Of a stretch of 57,714 nucleotides of DNA, positions 37,224 to 50,026 are shown one piece after another; within the stretch, counting starts at the first letter, position 1, and every line of letters starts with the position of its first letter. Location: contig JAKAYU010000001.1 in assembly GCA_021809525.1 (NCBI GenBank), forward strand, positions 1 through 57,714, given 5' to 3'. A model generated the notes under the pieces. The model made no database searches and was not told the origin of the DNA. It worked only from the letters and a program-made list of their open reading frames with translations. The stretch is from Pseudomonadota bacterium (GTDB lineage: Bacteria; Pseudomonadota; Gammaproteobacteria; Steroidobacterales; Steroidobacteraceae). Made by a program: the position numbers and the translations under genes.

Positions 37224-38674
37224 ATCGCGAACAGGTCGAGGTACTCGTTCACCGGCGTGCGCTCGAGCCGCGCCTGATCGAGCGACAGCTCGGCGATCGC
37301 GCGCTGCTGCTTCTCGGGGAAGCGGCGCGCGAGATTGCGGCGGAACTTCTCGATGAGCAGCGGGATCCCCTCAGCGCGGCGGCGCTTGTGACCGATCGGG
37401 TACTCCACCACCACCTCCGGCAGCGTGCGGCCGTCCTTCAGGCGCACGGTCACGGCGTTGGCGATGGAGCGCTTCTCCGGGTCGTGGTAATCGCGCGTGA
37501 ACTGCGGATCCTCCACGCAGCGGATCCGCTCGCGTAGCGCATCGATGCGCGGATCGGCTGCAATCCCGTCCTCGTAATCGGCGGCCGTGAGGCGGCCGAA
37601 GATGAGCGGCACGGCCATCATGTACTGGATGCAATGGTCGCGGTCGGCCGGATTGGCGAGCGGGCCGCGCTTGTCGATGATGCGCACGCACGCCTCGTGC
37701 GTGCGCACGGTGATCGCATCGATCGCCTCGGCAGTAAGCCCGAGCTCATCGAGGCGCCGGTGGATCTGCATCGCCGCCTCCACCGCGGTCTGCGCGTGAA
37801 ATTCCGCCGGGTAGGAGATCTTGAACAGCACGTTCTCCATCACGTACGAGCCATAGCTGCGCTGGAACTTCAGCGGTTGCCCCTTGAAGAGCACGTCGTA
37901 GAACCCCCAGGTCTTCGCGGTAAGCGCCGTCGGGTAGCCCATCTCCCCGGTGCGCACCATCAGCGCCAGGCGTACCGCGCGGCTGGTGGCATCGCCGGCC
38001 GCCCAGCTCTTGCGCGAGCCGGTGTTGGGCGCGTGCCGGTAGGTGCGCAGGCTCTGCCCGTCGATCCAGGCGAGCGAGACGGCGTTGATGATTTCCTCGC
38101 GGGTCAGCCCGAGCAGCCGGCCCACCACGGCAGTCGAGGCCACCTTCACCAGCACCACGTGATCGAGTCCGACGCGGTTGAAGCTGTTCTCGAGTGCGAT
38201 CACTCCCTGGATCTCGTGCGCGCGGATCATGGCGGTGAGCACCTCGCGCATGGTGAGCGGCGAGCGTCCGCGGGCGAGCGCCTCGCGCGAGAGCCAATCT
38301 GCCGTCGCGAGGATGCCGCCGAGGTTGTCCGACGGATGCCCCCACTCGGCGGCGAGCCAGGTGTCGTTGAAGTCCAGCCAGCGGATCATCGCGCCGATGT
38401 TGAAGGCGGCCTGGACCGGGTCGAGCTGCAACTGCGTGCCCGGAACGCGCGCGCCGTTCGGCACCCAGGTGCCGGGCACGATCGGGCCGAGCAGCTTCGT
38501 GCAGGCCGGGTACTCGAGCGCCTCGAGCCCGCAGCCGAGCGTATCGAGCAGGCAGTAGTGGGCGGTTTGATATGCGAGCTCGCCGCCCGGATCGGCCCCG
38601 AGTACGTAATCGGCGATGTCGGTGAGGACTTGATCCGGCGCGGGCCGGGCGGTGGAGGGGAGGTGGCTGGACAT
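37220..38674 (-). CDS. prpD: 2-methylcitrate dehydratase
   Basis: MmgE/PrpD family: '[10 protein letters not shown]', '[14 protein letters not shown]', '[12 protein letters not shown]', '[20 protein letters not shown]'. The start is set at ATG 38674 (484 aa). Confidence 0.92.
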   Translation of the reverse strand: MSSHLPSTARPAPDQVLTDIADYVLGADPGGELAYQTAHYCLLDTLGCGLEALEYPACTKLLGPIVPGTWVPNGARVPGTQLQLDPVQAAFNIGAMIRWLDFNDTWLAAEWGHPSDNLGGILATADWLSREALARGRSPLTMREVLTAMIRAHEIQGVIALENSFNRVGLDHVVLVKVASTAVVGRLLGLTREEIINAVSLAWIDGQSLRTYRHAPNTGSRKSWAAGDATSRAVRLALMVRTGEMGYPTALTAKTWGFYDVLFKGQPLKFQRSYGSYVMENVLFKISYPAEFHAQTAVEAAMQIHRRLDELGLTAEAIDAITVRTHEACVRIIDKRGPLANPADRDHCIQYMMAVPLIFGRLTAADYEDGIAADPRIDALRERIRCVEDPQFTRDYHDPEKRSIANAVTVRLKDGRTLPEVVVEYPIGHKRRRAEGIPLLIEKFRRNLARRFPEKQQRAIAELSLDQARLERTPVNEYLDLFAI

Positions 38675-38696
38675 GGTGCGGATATCCGTCGCGGTC

Positions 38697-39857
38697 TCAG
38701 GTGCGCTGCTCGATGGGCTCGAAGCGCCGCGGTTCAGGACCGACGTAATTGGCGGTGGGGCGGATGATTTTGCCGTCGGCGCGCTGCTCGAGCACATGTG
38801 CGGCCCAGCCGGCGGTGCGCGCGATGACGAACAGCGGCGTGAACATCTCGGTCGGGACCCCCATCAGGTGATAGGAGACGGCCGAGAACCAGTCGAGATT
38901 GGGGAACATGCGCTTCTCGCGCATCATCACCGCCTCGATCCGATCGGCGATCGCCCACATGTTGAGGTCCCCGGTCTGCTCGGCGAGCTCGCGCGCGAGG
39001 CGCTTGATCACCTGGTGGCGCGGATCGGCCACGGTGTAGACCGGATGGCCGAAGCCGATGATCACTTCCTTGTTGGCGAGGCGCGTAAGGATGTCGGCTT
39101 CGGCGCTGCCGGGATCGGCGTAGCGTTGCTGGATCTCGCATGCCACCTCGTTCGCCCCGCCGTGCTTCGGGCCGCGCAGCGCGCCGATTGCCCCGGCAAT
39201 GCACGAGTACAGGTCAGAGCCGGTGCCGGCGATGACCCGCGCGGTGAAGGTCGAGGCATTGAACTCGTGCTCTGCGTACAGAATGAGCGAGGTGTGCATG
39301 GCGCGCACCCAGGACGGCGGCGGCGGCCGTCGGTGCAGCAAATGCAGGAAGTGCCCGCCGATCGACTCGTCCTCGGTCTCGACGACCAGCCGGTGCCCGC
39401 CGTGGCTCGCGTGATACCAATAGGCGAGCATCGAGCCGAGCGAGGCAATGAGCCGGTCGGCGATCTCGCGCGCGCCGGCGGCGCCATGGTCGTCTTTTTC
39501 CGGCAATGCGCAGCCGAGCGCCGAGACACCGGTGCGCAGCACATCCATGGGATGGGCCGCTGCGGGCAGGCTATCGAGCACCGCGCGCACCGCCGCCGGC
39601 AGGCTGCGCAGTGAGCGCAGCTTGGCCTTGTAGGCGGCAAGCTCCGTACGGTTCGGCAGCTTGCCGTGAATCAGCAGGTAGGCGATTTCCTCGTATTCGC
39701 ACGCCTCGGCGATCTCGAGGATGTCGTAGCCCCGGTAGTGCAGATCGTTGCCGCTGCGCCCGACGGTGCACAGCGCGGTGTTGCCCGCCGGCACGCCCGA
39801 GAGCGCGACGGACTTCTTTGGCTTCGGCGCGGAGGCCGGCTGTTCGCTCTGGTTCAT
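38697..39857 (-). CDS. prpC: 2-methylcitrate synthase
   Basis: Citrate synthase family: '[28 protein letters not shown]', '[13 protein letters not shown]', '[13 protein letters not shown]', 'GFGHPVY'. Confidence 0.92.
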   Translation of the reverse strand: MNQSEQPASAPKPKKSVALSGVPAGNTALCTVGRSGNDLHYRGYDILEIAEACEYEEIAYLLIHGKLPNRTELAAYKAKLRSLRSLPAAVRAVLDSLPAAAHPMDVLRTGVSALGCALPEKDDHGAAGAREIADRLIASLGSMLAYWYHASHGGHRLVVETEDESIGGHFLHLLHRRPPPPSWVRAMHTSLILYAEHEFNASTFTARVIAGTGSDLYSCIAGAIGALRGPKHGGANEVACEIQQRYADPGSAEADILTRLANKEVIIGFGHPVYTVADPRHQVIKRLARELAEQTGDLNMWAIADRIEAVMMREKRMFPNLDWFSAVSYHLMGVPTEMFTPLFVIARTAGWAAHVLEQRADGKIIRPTANYVGPEPRRFEPIEQRT

Positions 39858-39913
39858 GAGCGCACTCTAGCCCCGTCGAAGATGAGACGAAAATATATTG
39901 AAAATGCAGACTT

Positions 39914-39930
39914 GATATGTAAAAAGTATC
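39914..39930. promoter_or_regulatory. candidate LysR-type (T-N11-A) box in the prpC/LysR divergent region
   Basis: GATA-tgtaaaaag-TATC dyad in the only AT-rich stretch between prpC and the LysR gene. Confidence 0.35.
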
Positions 39931-39933
39931 GTC

Positions 39934-40842
39934 ATGGAACTGCGCCATCTACGGTATTTCCTGGCGGTTGCCGAGGAGCTCAATATCACCCGTGCGGCGC
40001 GCCGGCTGAACATGTCGCAGCCACCGCTCACGCAGCAGATCAAGGCGCTCGAGGCCGAGCTCGGCGTCGCGCTCATCGACCGGGCCGGCTACCGCATTCG
40101 TCTCACCGACGCCGGACGGCTGTTCGCGCTCGAGGCCGGACGCATCCTGGAAGAGGTGCGGCGCGCCGCGCAGATGGCGCGCGCAGCCGCAAGCGGTGCT
40201 TCCGGTCGAGTGCGGGTGGGATTCACTGAATCGGCGTCGTTCAATCCGCTGCTCACCTCGGCACTGCGGGTCTTCCGAGCCGCGTACCCGGGCGTCGAGG
40301 TCTCGCTCGAGGAGCATCCCTCGATCGAGCTTGCCGCGGAACTGCGCGAGGGGCGGATCGACGTCGCGTTCGTGCGTCCGCCGCTGCGTGAGGGTCGCGG
40401 CTTGGTGTTCGATCTGCTCGAGCGCGAGCCGCTGGTGGCCGCCTTGCCGCTCGGACATCCTTTGGCACGGCGCCGGCGGATCGCGCTGCGCGAGCTGGCG
40501 CGGGACACCTTCGTTCTCTACCCCCGCGCGGTGCGCCCGGGGCTGGCTGATGAGGTGGTGAGCGGCTGCGAAGCGGCAGGCTTCACCCCCCGGGTCGGTC
40601 AGTACGCCCCGCAGCTCTCCTCGACCATCAATCTGGTGGCCGCCTCACTCGGCATTTCCATCGTGCCGGCGAGCATGCGCTCGCTGCAGCCCAGACTGGT
40701 CGTCTACCTGCCGCTCGAGGGCGAGCCCCTGCATGCGCTGCTCGGTATTGCCTATCGTGACGAGGAGCGCTCGAGCGCGGTGCGCAATTTCGTCGCCGCC
40801 ACCGGCGAGGCCGCTGCGCGGCCGGCGCGGCGCGGACAGTAG
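39934..40842 (+). CDS. LysR family transcriptional regulator
   Basis: 'MELRHLRYFLAVAEELNITRAARRLNMSQPPLTQQIKALEAELG' is the canonical LysR wHTH. 302 aa, divergent from prpCDB. Confidence 0.93.
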   Translation: MELRHLRYFLAVAEELNITRAARRLNMSQPPLTQQIKALEAELGVALIDRAGYRIRLTDAGRLFALEAGRILEEVRRAAQMARAAASGASGRVRVGFTESASFNPLLTSALRVFRAAYPGVEVSLEEHPSIELAAELREGRIDVAFVRPPLREGRGLVFDLLEREPLVAALPLGHPLARRRRIALRELARDTFVLYPRAVRPGLADEVVSGCEAAGFTPRVGQYAPQLSSTINLVAASLGISIVPASMRSLQPRLVVYLPLEGEPLHALLGIAYRDEERSSAVRNFVAATGEAAARPARRGQ

Positions 40843-40900
40843 CCCGCAGCGTGTTCGAGTATGATCGTGCGATCTGCGCTGCGCGCCCCCGGGGCCACTC

Positions 40901-42346
40901 ATGAGCCACTGCACCGTGACCGCCGCACCGGCCACGCTCGATGCCGAACTTGCCGCCCGGATCCGCCGCGTGTTCGATGCGCAGCGAGCGGTTGCGCTGC
41001 GGCTGCGCGAGTCGACGCTGGCTGAGCGCCTTGCCAAGCTCGAACGGCTCCGGGCCGCAATCCTCGCGCATCGGGCGACGATCATCGCAGCGGTTACCGC
41101 TGATCTGAGCCGCCCGCCGGTGGAGACCGAACTGGCGGAGCTGCTGCCCGTGTTGAGCGATCTGGCGGATTACCGCCGGCACCTGGCCCGCTGGTGGCGG
41201 CCACGGCGCGTGCGTCCCACCGTCCCGACGCTCGGCACGCGCGCCTGGATCCAGCGCGAGCCGCGCGGACGGACTCTCATCCAATCGCCGTGGAACTACC
41301 CGATAGTGCTCACCTTGGGCCCGCTCATCCCGGCGGTGGCCTGCGGCAATACCGCGATGATCAAGACCTCCGAGCTCGCCCCGCACAGCTCGCGCGTGCT
41401 CGCGACCATCATCCGCGACGCGTTTGATGAAAGCGAAGTGGCGGTGTTCGAGGGCGATGCAGCGGTCGGTGGTGCGTTGCTCGAGTTGCCGTTCGATCAC
41501 ATTTTCTTTACGGGCGCCCCGGCCGTGGGGCAGATCGTGATGGCTGCCGCCGCACGGCATCTGGCGAGCGTCACGCTCGAACTCGGCGGCAAGTCGCCCG
41601 TGATCATCGATGCGAGTGCGGATCTCGACCGCGCGGTCGATACCATCGCGTGGGCCAAGTGCCTGAACGCCGGACAGACCTGCGTCGCGCCCGATCACGT
41701 CTATGTGCATGCCGCAGTCTACGAGCAGGTCGTGGAGCGCTTCAGACGGCGCCTGACGCGCTGGTACGGGGAGGATGCGGCCCGCACGCCGGATCTGGGT
41801 CGCATCGTCAATGAGCGCCATGCGCGACGTCTGGCCGGACTGCTGGCGGACGCCCGCGCGCGCGGGGCGGCGGTACTGCACGGGGGCGATGTCGATCTCG
41901 AACAGCGTTTCGTCGCACCGACGCTCCTCGGGGAGATTCCCGAGGATGCGCACATCATGCAGGAGGAGATCTTCGGGCCGCTGCTGCCGCTCATCGTGTA
42001 CCAGAGCGAGCAGGACGTGATCGAGCGCATCAACGCGGCGCCGAAGCCGCTCGCGCTGTACATCTGGAGCCGCGAGCGGCAGGTTGCCCGCCGCATCATT
42101 CAACACACCAGCGCCGGCGGCACCTGCATCAATCAAGTGGCCCTGCAGTTCCTGCACCACAATCTGCCCTTCGGTGGCGTCAACCACTCGGGCATCGGCA
42201 GTTATCACGGCGAGTGGGGCATCCGAGCGTTCTCGCACGAGCGCGCGGTCCTCGAGGCCAAAGTGCAGCTGGCGGGCGCGTTCTTCCCGCCGTACGGCGC
42301 GCGCGTGCGGCGCATGCTGGCGCTGCTGATGAAGTGGTCCACGTAG
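40901..42346 (+). CDS. NAD(P)+-dependent aldehyde dehydrogenase (class 3 / coniferyl-aldehyde dehydrogenase-like)
   Basis: 'SPWNYPIVLTLGPLIPAVACGNTAMIKTSE', 'ELGGKSPVII', 'GQTCVAPDHVYV', 'EEIFGPLLP'. Confidence 0.9.
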   Translation: MSHCTVTAAPATLDAELAARIRRVFDAQRAVALRLRESTLAERLAKLERLRAAILAHRATIIAAVTADLSRPPVETELAELLPVLSDLADYRRHLARWWRPRRVRPTVPTLGTRAWIQREPRGRTLIQSPWNYPIVLTLGPLIPAVACGNTAMIKTSELAPHSSRVLATIIRDAFDESEVAVFEGDAAVGGALLELPFDHIFFTGAPAVGQIVMAAAARHLASVTLELGGKSPVIIDASADLDRAVDTIAWAKCLNAGQTCVAPDHVYVHAAVYEQVVERFRRRLTRWYGEDAARTPDLGRIVNERHARRLAGLLADARARGAAVLHGGDVDLEQRFVAPTLLGEIPEDAHIMQEEIFGPLLPLIVYQSEQDVIERINAAPKPLALYIWSRERQVARRIIQHTSAGGTCINQVALQFLHHNLPFGGVNHSGIGSYHGEWGIRAFSHERAVLEAKVQLAGAFFPPYGARVRRMLALLMKWST

Positions 42347-42365
42347 CGCACGGCCGCCACGCGCT

Positions 42366-43090
42366 TCAGCGCACAGGCTCTCCAGGCTGTGGGCCGCCGC
42401 ATGCCGCGGTTTGATCGGTTGGGGTCTGAGGCGTCTGCACGGCGCCGACCGACTGGGCGCCGAACTGCGGTGCGCGCCCATAGGCGCGCACCGTCGCCGG
42501 CCGCGCCCCAATCTGTGTGAGCCAGCGCTTCAAGTGCGGGAAGTCCTCGAGGTTCTGGCGCAGCCGTTCGTGGGGCGCGATCCAGGGATAGCAGGTGATG
42601 TCGGCCACCGTGTGGCGCTCTGCGGCGACGTACGGCTGCTCGGCGAGACGCTGCTCGGGCACCGCATAGAGAGCGATGAGTCTCCTTGCTGTAGCGCTCG
42701 ATCGCGTACGGTAGCCTCTCCGGCGCATACTGCGCGCAATGCTGATTGCGGCCGGCCATCGGCCCGCGCCCGGCCACCTGCCAGAACAGCCACTGCAGGG
42801 TCTGCGTCTGCCCGCGCAGGTCGGCGGGAGCGAACTGACTCGTCTTCTTGCCGAGATACCAGAGAATCGCGCCGGATTCGAACCCCCGGCAGGGGCGCAC
42901 CGCCGTCGGCCGGCTCGTGATCGACGATCGCACCCATGCGATTGCTCGGCGAGATGGCGCCGAACTCCTGCCGGAACTGCTCGCCCGCGGTGAGGTTCAT
43001 CGCCACGATGCGGTAGGGTAGTCCAATCTCCCCGAGGAATATCGTGATCTTGCGTCCGTTCGGCGTCGGCCAGTAATGCCGATCGATCAT
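42366..43090 (-). pseudogene. yfcG: yfcG-like glutathione S-transferase disrupted by two frameshifts
   Basis: Collinear YfcG-like pieces lie in three minus-strand frames. Piece 1: 'MIDRHYWPTPNGRKITIFLGEIGLPYRIV...AIVDHEPADGGAP'. Piece 2: 'FESGAILWYLGKKT...LQWLFWQVAGRGPMAGRNQH...PYAIERYSKETHR'. Piece 3: 'RLIALYAVPEQRLAEQPYVAAERHTVADITCYPWI...'. The first shift is at the C5 run 42893-42897 and the second is within about 42671-42690. Confidence 0.75.
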
Positions 43091-43256
43091 GCCGTGCCTG
43101 CATCGATGAGCAGCGCCGCTGCACGATCCGGCACGCGCTCAGCCGCGCACAGATGACCTCCCGGGTGAGGTTGCGGCGCTGCGAGGTGCTTCACTCGCGC
43201 GCGCATCGTGCGTACGATCGGCGTGCCCCACGCTGCGTCCCCGAGGAACCAACATC

Positions 43257-43853
43257 GTGAGCACCGAACTGCCGATCATCTGTCTCGTCCGGCACGGCGA
43301 GACCGCCTGGAGTCTTACCGGACAGCACACCGGATTGACCGACCTGCCGCTCACCGAGCGTGGCGAGCGGGCTGCGCGCGCGCTGGTGCCGCGGCTGCGC
43401 GAGCCGCAGTTCACGCTGGTGCTGACCAGCCCGCTGCAGCGCGCCCGACGCACATGCGAGCTCGCGGGATTTGCCGATCTGGCGCAGGTGGACACCGACC
43501 TGTGCGAGTGGAACTACGGGGCGTACGAGGGGCGGCGCACGGTGGAAATCCGCGCCGAGCGGCCGCAGTGGGAACTGTTCCGCGACGGCTGTCCGGGCGG
43601 AGAGTCGGCCGACGAGGTTGCTCGGCGGGCCGACCGGATCATCGCGCGCGCGCGGGCGGCCGGCGGCAACGTGCTGCTGTTCTCCAGTGGACACGTGCTG
43701 CGCGTGTTGACAGCGCGCTGGCTCGGGCTGCCGCCGGAGGCGGGCCGGCTGCTGCTGCTCGGTACCACCAGCGTCAGTGCGCTCGGCTACGAGCACAACG
43801 CGCTCGAGCCGGTCGTGCGGCTCTGGAACGATACGCGCCATCTCGCCGAATGA
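43257..43853 (+). CDS. histidine phosphatase (phosphoglycerate mutase-like) family protein
   Basis: 'ICLVRHGETAWSLTGQHTGLTDLPLTERGE' contains the RHGE motif, and 'SSGHVLR' is the second His motif. GTG start with GAGGAA upstream. Confidence 0.85.
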   Translation: MSTELPIICLVRHGETAWSLTGQHTGLTDLPLTERGERAARALVPRLREPQFTLVLTSPLQRARRTCELAGFADLAQVDTDLCEWNYGAYEGRRTVEIRAERPQWELFRDGCPGGESADEVARRADRIIARARAAGGNVLLFSSGHVLRVLTARWLGLPPEAGRLLLLGTTSVSALGYEHNALEPVVRLWNDTRHLAE

Positions 43854-44079
43854 GCGTGCCTCGCGCCGCGTCGTGCTGACGCACGCGGCGCGGGTGTGGT
43901 AAGCTAAATGACATACGGAGCAGCGCCCGATGACGTTCGCTCACTGCCGCCACAGCGGCAGAGCGGGACCTGCGCGGTTCCGCGCGGCGATCGTCCCGAT
44001 CGAGCGAATCGATTCCCAGCGCCAGTACGCTTCGCCCGCTGCGATGGCGCTCGATCCGGTTTGCGATGGAGGTTAGATC

Positions 44080-45165
44080 ATGAAGGCGACTCAGCTTTTG
44101 CACGAGTTCGGACAGAGTATCTGGCTCGACAACATCACACGCGACCTGCTCGACAGCGGAACACTCCGGCAGTACATCGCCGAGCTGGCGGTTACCGGCC
44201 TTACCTCGAATCCCACGATCTTCGATCAGGCGCTGAAGAAAAGCGCCGCCTACGATGCCTCCATCCGCACCGGCCTTAAGCAGGGGCGCGGCGGTGAGAC
44301 GCTGTTCTTCGATCTGGCGCTCGAGGACATCACCCGCGCTGCGGATGAATTCCTTGCGACGTTCGATCGCACCAACGGCGTCGACGGCTGGGTGTCTCTT
44401 GAGGTCTCCCCGCAGCTTGCCTATGACCCCGAGCGCACGCTCGCGGCCGCGAAGGAGCTGCATGAGCGGGCGAAGCGGCCGAATCTGTTCATCAAGATCC
44501 CCGGCACGCGCGCGGGCCTGCCGGCGATCGAAGAGGCGATCTTCGCGGGCATCCCGGTCAACGTGACTCTGCTGTTCTCCCGCGAGCAGTACATGGCGGC
44601 CGCCGAGGCGTATCTGCGCGGCATCGAGCGACGCATCGCCGCCGGTCTGAATCCCGATGTCGGCTCGGTGGCCTCCGTGTTCATCAGCCGCTGGGACGTC
44701 GCCATCGCCGGCAAGGTGCCGGCTGAGCTCACCAATCGTCTCGGCATCGCCATTGCCGGGCGTACCTACCGCGCAGCGCAGCAGCTGCTCCTTTCCCCGC
44801 GCTGGCAGCGCATTTACAACGCCGGCGCCCGTCCGCAGCGGCTGCTCTGGGCGAGCACCGGCACGAAGGATCCGAAGGCCGACGAGGTGCTGTACGTCAA
44901 GGCTCTCGCCGCGCCGTTCACGGTCAACACCATGCCAGAGGCAACGCTCAAGGCTCTGGCCCAGCGCAGCGAGATCGGTGCCGGGATGCCCGCCGATGGC
45001 GGTGACTGCGAGCGGGTGCTCGCGCACTTCGCCAAGGCGGGCGTCGACGTCGATGCGCTTGCCGCGCAACTGCAGGATGAGGGCGCCAAGTCGTTCGTGA
45101 AGTCCTGGCAGGAACTGCTCGGAGTGATCGGCGCAAAAAGCTCGGCACTCGGCGCGGCGGCCTGA
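44080..45165 (+). CDS. tal: transaldolase (long, ~360-aa type)
   Basis: 'GQSIWLDNITRDLLDSGTL', 'GLTSNPTIF', 'VSLEVSP', 'FIKIPGT', 'NVTLLFS'. GGAGG upstream. Confidence 0.92.
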   Translation: MKATQLLHEFGQSIWLDNITRDLLDSGTLRQYIAELAVTGLTSNPTIFDQALKKSAAYDASIRTGLKQGRGGETLFFDLALEDITRAADEFLATFDRTNGVDGWVSLEVSPQLAYDPERTLAAAKELHERAKRPNLFIKIPGTRAGLPAIEEAIFAGIPVNVTLLFSREQYMAAAEAYLRGIERRIAAGLNPDVGSVASVFISRWDVAIAGKVPAELTNRLGIAIAGRTYRAAQQLLLSPRWQRIYNAGARPQRLLWASTGTKDPKADEVLYVKALAAPFTVNTMPEATLKALAQRSEIGAGMPADGGDCERVLAHFAKAGVDVDALAAQLQDEGAKSFVKSWQELLGVIGAKSSALGAAA

Positions 45166-45168
45166 GGC

Positions 45169-45881
45169 ATGGACGTACTCGTCGTCGATGTCGGCGGGAC
45201 CCATGTGAAGATCCTCGCCACGGGGCAGACCGAGAAGCGCGAGTTCGCCTCCGGTCCGACGCTCACCGCACGCCAGATGGTCGCGAAGGTCAAACGTCTG
45301 GCGCGCGGCTGGCGTTACGATGTGGTCGCCATCGGCTATCCGGGCCCTGTGATGCACGATCGGGTGGTCGCCGAGCCGCACAATCTCGGCTCCGGCTGGG
45401 TCGGGTTCGATTTCAGGCGCGCCTTTGGCTGTCCGGTGCGCGTCATCAATGACGCGGCCATGCAGGCGCTGGGGAGCTACAAGGGCGGCAAGATGCTCTT
45501 CCTCGGCCTCGGCACGGGGCTCGGCACCGCGCTCATCGTCGACGGGCTCGTCGAGCCGATGGAGATCGGACATCTGCCGTACCTGAAGCACACGTACGAG
45601 GACTACGTCAGCGATCAGGCGCTCAAGCGCATGGGCAAGAAGAAGTGGCGCAAGCACGTTGCCGACGTCGTCAAACGGCTGATGAGCGCGCTCGAGCCAG
45701 ATGACGTGGTGATCGGCGGCGGCAACGTCAGGCACCTGAAGGAGTTGCCGCCGCGCTGCCGCGCCGGCGAGAACGCCAACGCCTTCGCTGGCGGCTTCAA
45801 GCTCTGGGAGAAGGCCGGCGCGGCCGGCAGGCGGCGCGCGCCGCCGGCACGAGCTCGCCGGAAGAAGAGGGGATCTGGCGC

Positions 45882-45885
<4 letters not shown>
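45169..45885 (+). CDS. ROK-family sugar kinase, polyphosphate/ATP-glucokinase-like
   Basis: '[10 protein letters not shown]', 'GYPGPV', '[11 protein letters not shown]', '[12 protein letters not shown]', 'EIGHL' and 'VIGGGN' are collinear with remembered actinobacterial PpgK. It has a basic C-terminal tail, and its stop overlaps the pgi ATG. Confidence 0.75.
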
Positions 45886-47525
<1,640 letters not shown>

Positions 47526-47607
47526 GCGTACGCGCCCGCGCCGGCGTTCCGCCCCGCAGGAGCTGGCGGCGCCGGCAATCCGTCGGCAACAGACAAAGGA
47601 GCGATTC

Positions 47608-48624
47608 ATGCAACTCGGAATGATCGGCCTAGGGCGCATGGGAGCCAACATGGTGCGCCGGCTCCTGCGGGGCGGCCACGATTGCGTAGTGTTCGATCGA
47701 TCGGCGGCGGCAGTCGCCGAGCTGGTCAAGGAAAAGGCCACCGGAGCGGCATCCCTGGCCGAGTTCGTGCGGAAGCTGCAGACGCCGCGCGCCGTGTGGC
47801 TGATGGTTCCGGCTGCCGCGGTCGACGATACGCTCGCGGCTCTGGTTCCGCTGCTCGGCAAGGGGGACATCGTCATCGACGGCGGAAACTCCTACTATGT
47901 CGATGACATTCGTCGCGCACAGCAGCTCTCCGGCAAAGGTCTCCATTACGTCGATGTCGGCACCAGCGGGGGTGTGTGGGGTCTCGAGCGCGGCTACTGC
48001 ATGATGATCGGCGGAGACGTCGCTGCGGTGCAGCGCCTCGATCCGATTTTCGCGCAACTTGCGCCCGGTATCGGCGCCATCCCGCGCACCCCGGGCCGCG
48101 AGAATACCTCGGGCACCGCCGAGCACGGATATCTGCATTGCGGGCCGAACGGCGCCGGGCATTTCGTCAAGATGGTTCACAATGGAATCGAATACGGCAT
48201 CATGGCCGCTTACGCCGAAGGGCTTGGGATCCTGCGCGCGGCGAACGTCGGTAAGCGGGCCGGCGAAGTCGACGCCGAGACCACCCCGCTGCGCGATCCA
48301 CAGAACTACCAGTACGACCTGAATCTCCCGGACATCGCCGAGGTGTGGCGGCGCGGCAGCGTGATCGCCTCCTGGCTGCTAGACCTCACCGCCGCGGCGC
48401 TGTGTGGTGACCCCGGACTCGCCAAATTCGCCGGCCACGTGTCCGACTCCGGCGAGGGGCGTTGGACCATCAAGGCGGCGATCGACGAAGGCCAGCCGGC
48501 TCCGGTGCTCACCACCGCGCTCTACGAGCGTTTCAGTTCCCGCGGCGAGGCGGACTTCCAGGCGAAGCTCCTCTCGGCGATGCGCTACGGGTTCGGCGGG
48601 CACCTCGAAAAGCCGGCGAAATGA
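47608..48624 (+). CDS. gnd: 6-phosphogluconate dehydrogenase (decarboxylating), short GntZ/YqeC type
   Basis: '[19 protein letters not shown]', '[10 protein letters not shown]', '[12 protein letters not shown]', '[16 protein letters not shown]'. 338 aa. Confidence 0.9.
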   Translation: MQLGMIGLGRMGANMVRRLLRGGHDCVVFDRSAAAVAELVKEKATGAASLAEFVRKLQTPRAVWLMVPAAAVDDTLAALVPLLGKGDIVIDGGNSYYVDDIRRAQQLSGKGLHYVDVGTSGGVWGLERGYCMMIGGDVAAVQRLDPIFAQLAPGIGAIPRTPGRENTSGTAEHGYLHCGPNGAGHFVKMVHNGIEYGIMAAYAEGLGILRAANVGKRAGEVDAETTPLRDPQNYQYDLNLPDIAEVWRRGSVIASWLLDLTAAALCGDPGLAKFAGHVSDSGEGRWTIKAAIDEGQPAPVLTTALYERFSSRGEADFQAKLLSAMRYGFGGHLEKPAK

Positions 48625-48646
48625 GTCCCAGCCAGACGAGGTTCAC

Positions 48647-50026
48647 ATGAACGATACCCACAGTGACGCGCTGGTGTTCTTCGGGGCAACCGGCGATCTG
48701 GCGCACAAGAAGATCTTTCCCGCGCTGCAGGCGATGATCAAGCGCGGCACGCTCGCGGTGCCGGTGATCGGCGTCGCCAAGGCCGGCTGGGGCATCGAGC
48801 AGTTGAGGGAGCGTGCGCGCGACAGTCTGGAGAAGCACGGCGGCGGCGTCGATCCGGAGGCGTTTGCCAAGCTGACTTCGCTGCTGTCATACGTGGACGG
48901 CGACTATGCGGATCCGGCCACGTTCCGCACGCTGCGCAAGCTGCTCGGCGAGTCGCGCCGTCCGGCGCATTATCTGGCCATTCCGCCGTCGCTGTTCGGC
49001 AAGGTGGTCGAGCAGCTCGCGCAGGCCGGCTGTACCCAGGAGGGCACCCGCGTGGTGGTGGAGAAGCCCTTCGGCCGCGATCTGCAGTCCGCGCGCGCGC
49101 TCAATCAGATCCTGCTGCACTCCTTCGACGAGGAGCACATTTTCCGCATCGACCATTACCTCGGTAAACGGCCGGTGCACAACCTGGTGTTCTTCCGCTT
49201 CACCAATGCGCTGCTGGAGGCGTTCTGGAACCGGGATTACATCAAGAACGTGCAGATCACGATGGCCGAGAACTTCGGGATCCAGGGTCGCGGCGCGTTC
49301 TACGACCCGATCGGCACGGTGCGCGACGTCGTGCAAAACCATCTGTTCCAGGTCATGGCCACTCTCGCCATGGAGCCGCCCGCGCGCACCGACAGCGAGT
49401 CGATCCGCGACGAGAAGGTCAAAGTGCTGAAAGCGATCCCCGCGATCACGCCGGCCGATCTGGTGCGCGGGCAGTTCCGCGGCTATCTCGATGAGAAAGG
49501 CGTCGCACCGGGTTCTAAGACCGAGACCTTCGCGGCCCTGCGGCTCGCGATCGACAACTGGCGCTGGCAGGGCGTGCCGTTCTACATCCGAGCGGGGAAA
49601 TCGTTGCCCGTGACCTGCACCGAGGTGATCGCGCATCTGCGCCGGCCGCCAGCGATGTATCCGGGGTGCACGCCGCAGCACGACTACTTCCGTTTCCGCA
49701 TCAGTCCGCAGAACGAGATGGCCATCGGACTGAACGTCATGGACGAAGCGGAACTCGGCATCGGCCAGACCAACGAGCTGCTGGCGAGCCGGCATGCCGG
49801 CTGCAACGAAATGGACGCCTACGAGCGGGTGCTCACCGACGCGATGGCGGGCGACCGGACGCTGTTCGCCCGCGAGGACTACGTGGAGGAGGCCTGGCGC
49901 ATCGTCGACCCGGTCCTGAAGGCGAGTACGCCCGTATATCCCTACGAGCCCGGCACCTGGGGTCCACAGGAAGCTGCGCGCGTGGCTCCGCCGGAGGGTT
50001 GGTATAACCCGGACGTGTCGGTTTAG
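48647..50026 (+). CDS. zwf: glucose-6-phosphate 1-dehydrogenase
   Basis: '[19 protein letters not shown]', 'EKPFGRDL', 'RIDHYLGK' and '[11 protein letters not shown]'. The start is set at ATG 48647; the 48404 extension overlaps gnd. Confidence 0.95.
   Translation: MNDTHSDALVFFGATGDLAHKKIFPALQAMIKRGTLAVPVIGVAKAGWGIEQLRERARDSLEKHGGGVDPEAFAKLTSLLSYVDGDYADPATFRTLRKLLGESRRPAHYLAIPPSLFGKVVEQLAQAGCTQEGTRVVVEKPFGRDLQSARALNQILLHSFDEEHIFRIDHYLGKRPVHNLVFFRFTNALLEAFWNRDYIKNVQITMAENFGIQGRGAFYDPIGTVRDVVQNHLFQVMATLAMEPPARTDSESIRDEKVKVLKAIPAITPADLVRGQFRGYLDEKGVAPGSKTETFAALRLAIDNWRWQGVPFYIRAGKSLPVTCTEVIAHLRRPPAMYPGCTPQHDYFRFRISPQNEMAIGLNVMDEAELGIGQTNELLASRHAGCNEMDAYERVLTDAMAGDRTLFAREDYVEEAWRIVDPVLKASTPVYPYEPGTWGPQEAARVAPPEGWYNPDVSV

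Noticed and set aside
42880-42900. tRNA T-arm-like string (reverse complement GGGGGTTCGAATCCGGC), which could mark a tRNA gene or an integration site.
   Set aside because: No acceptor, D or anticodon arms can be folded around it. It lies inside the GST coding sequence, where it encodes G-FESG.
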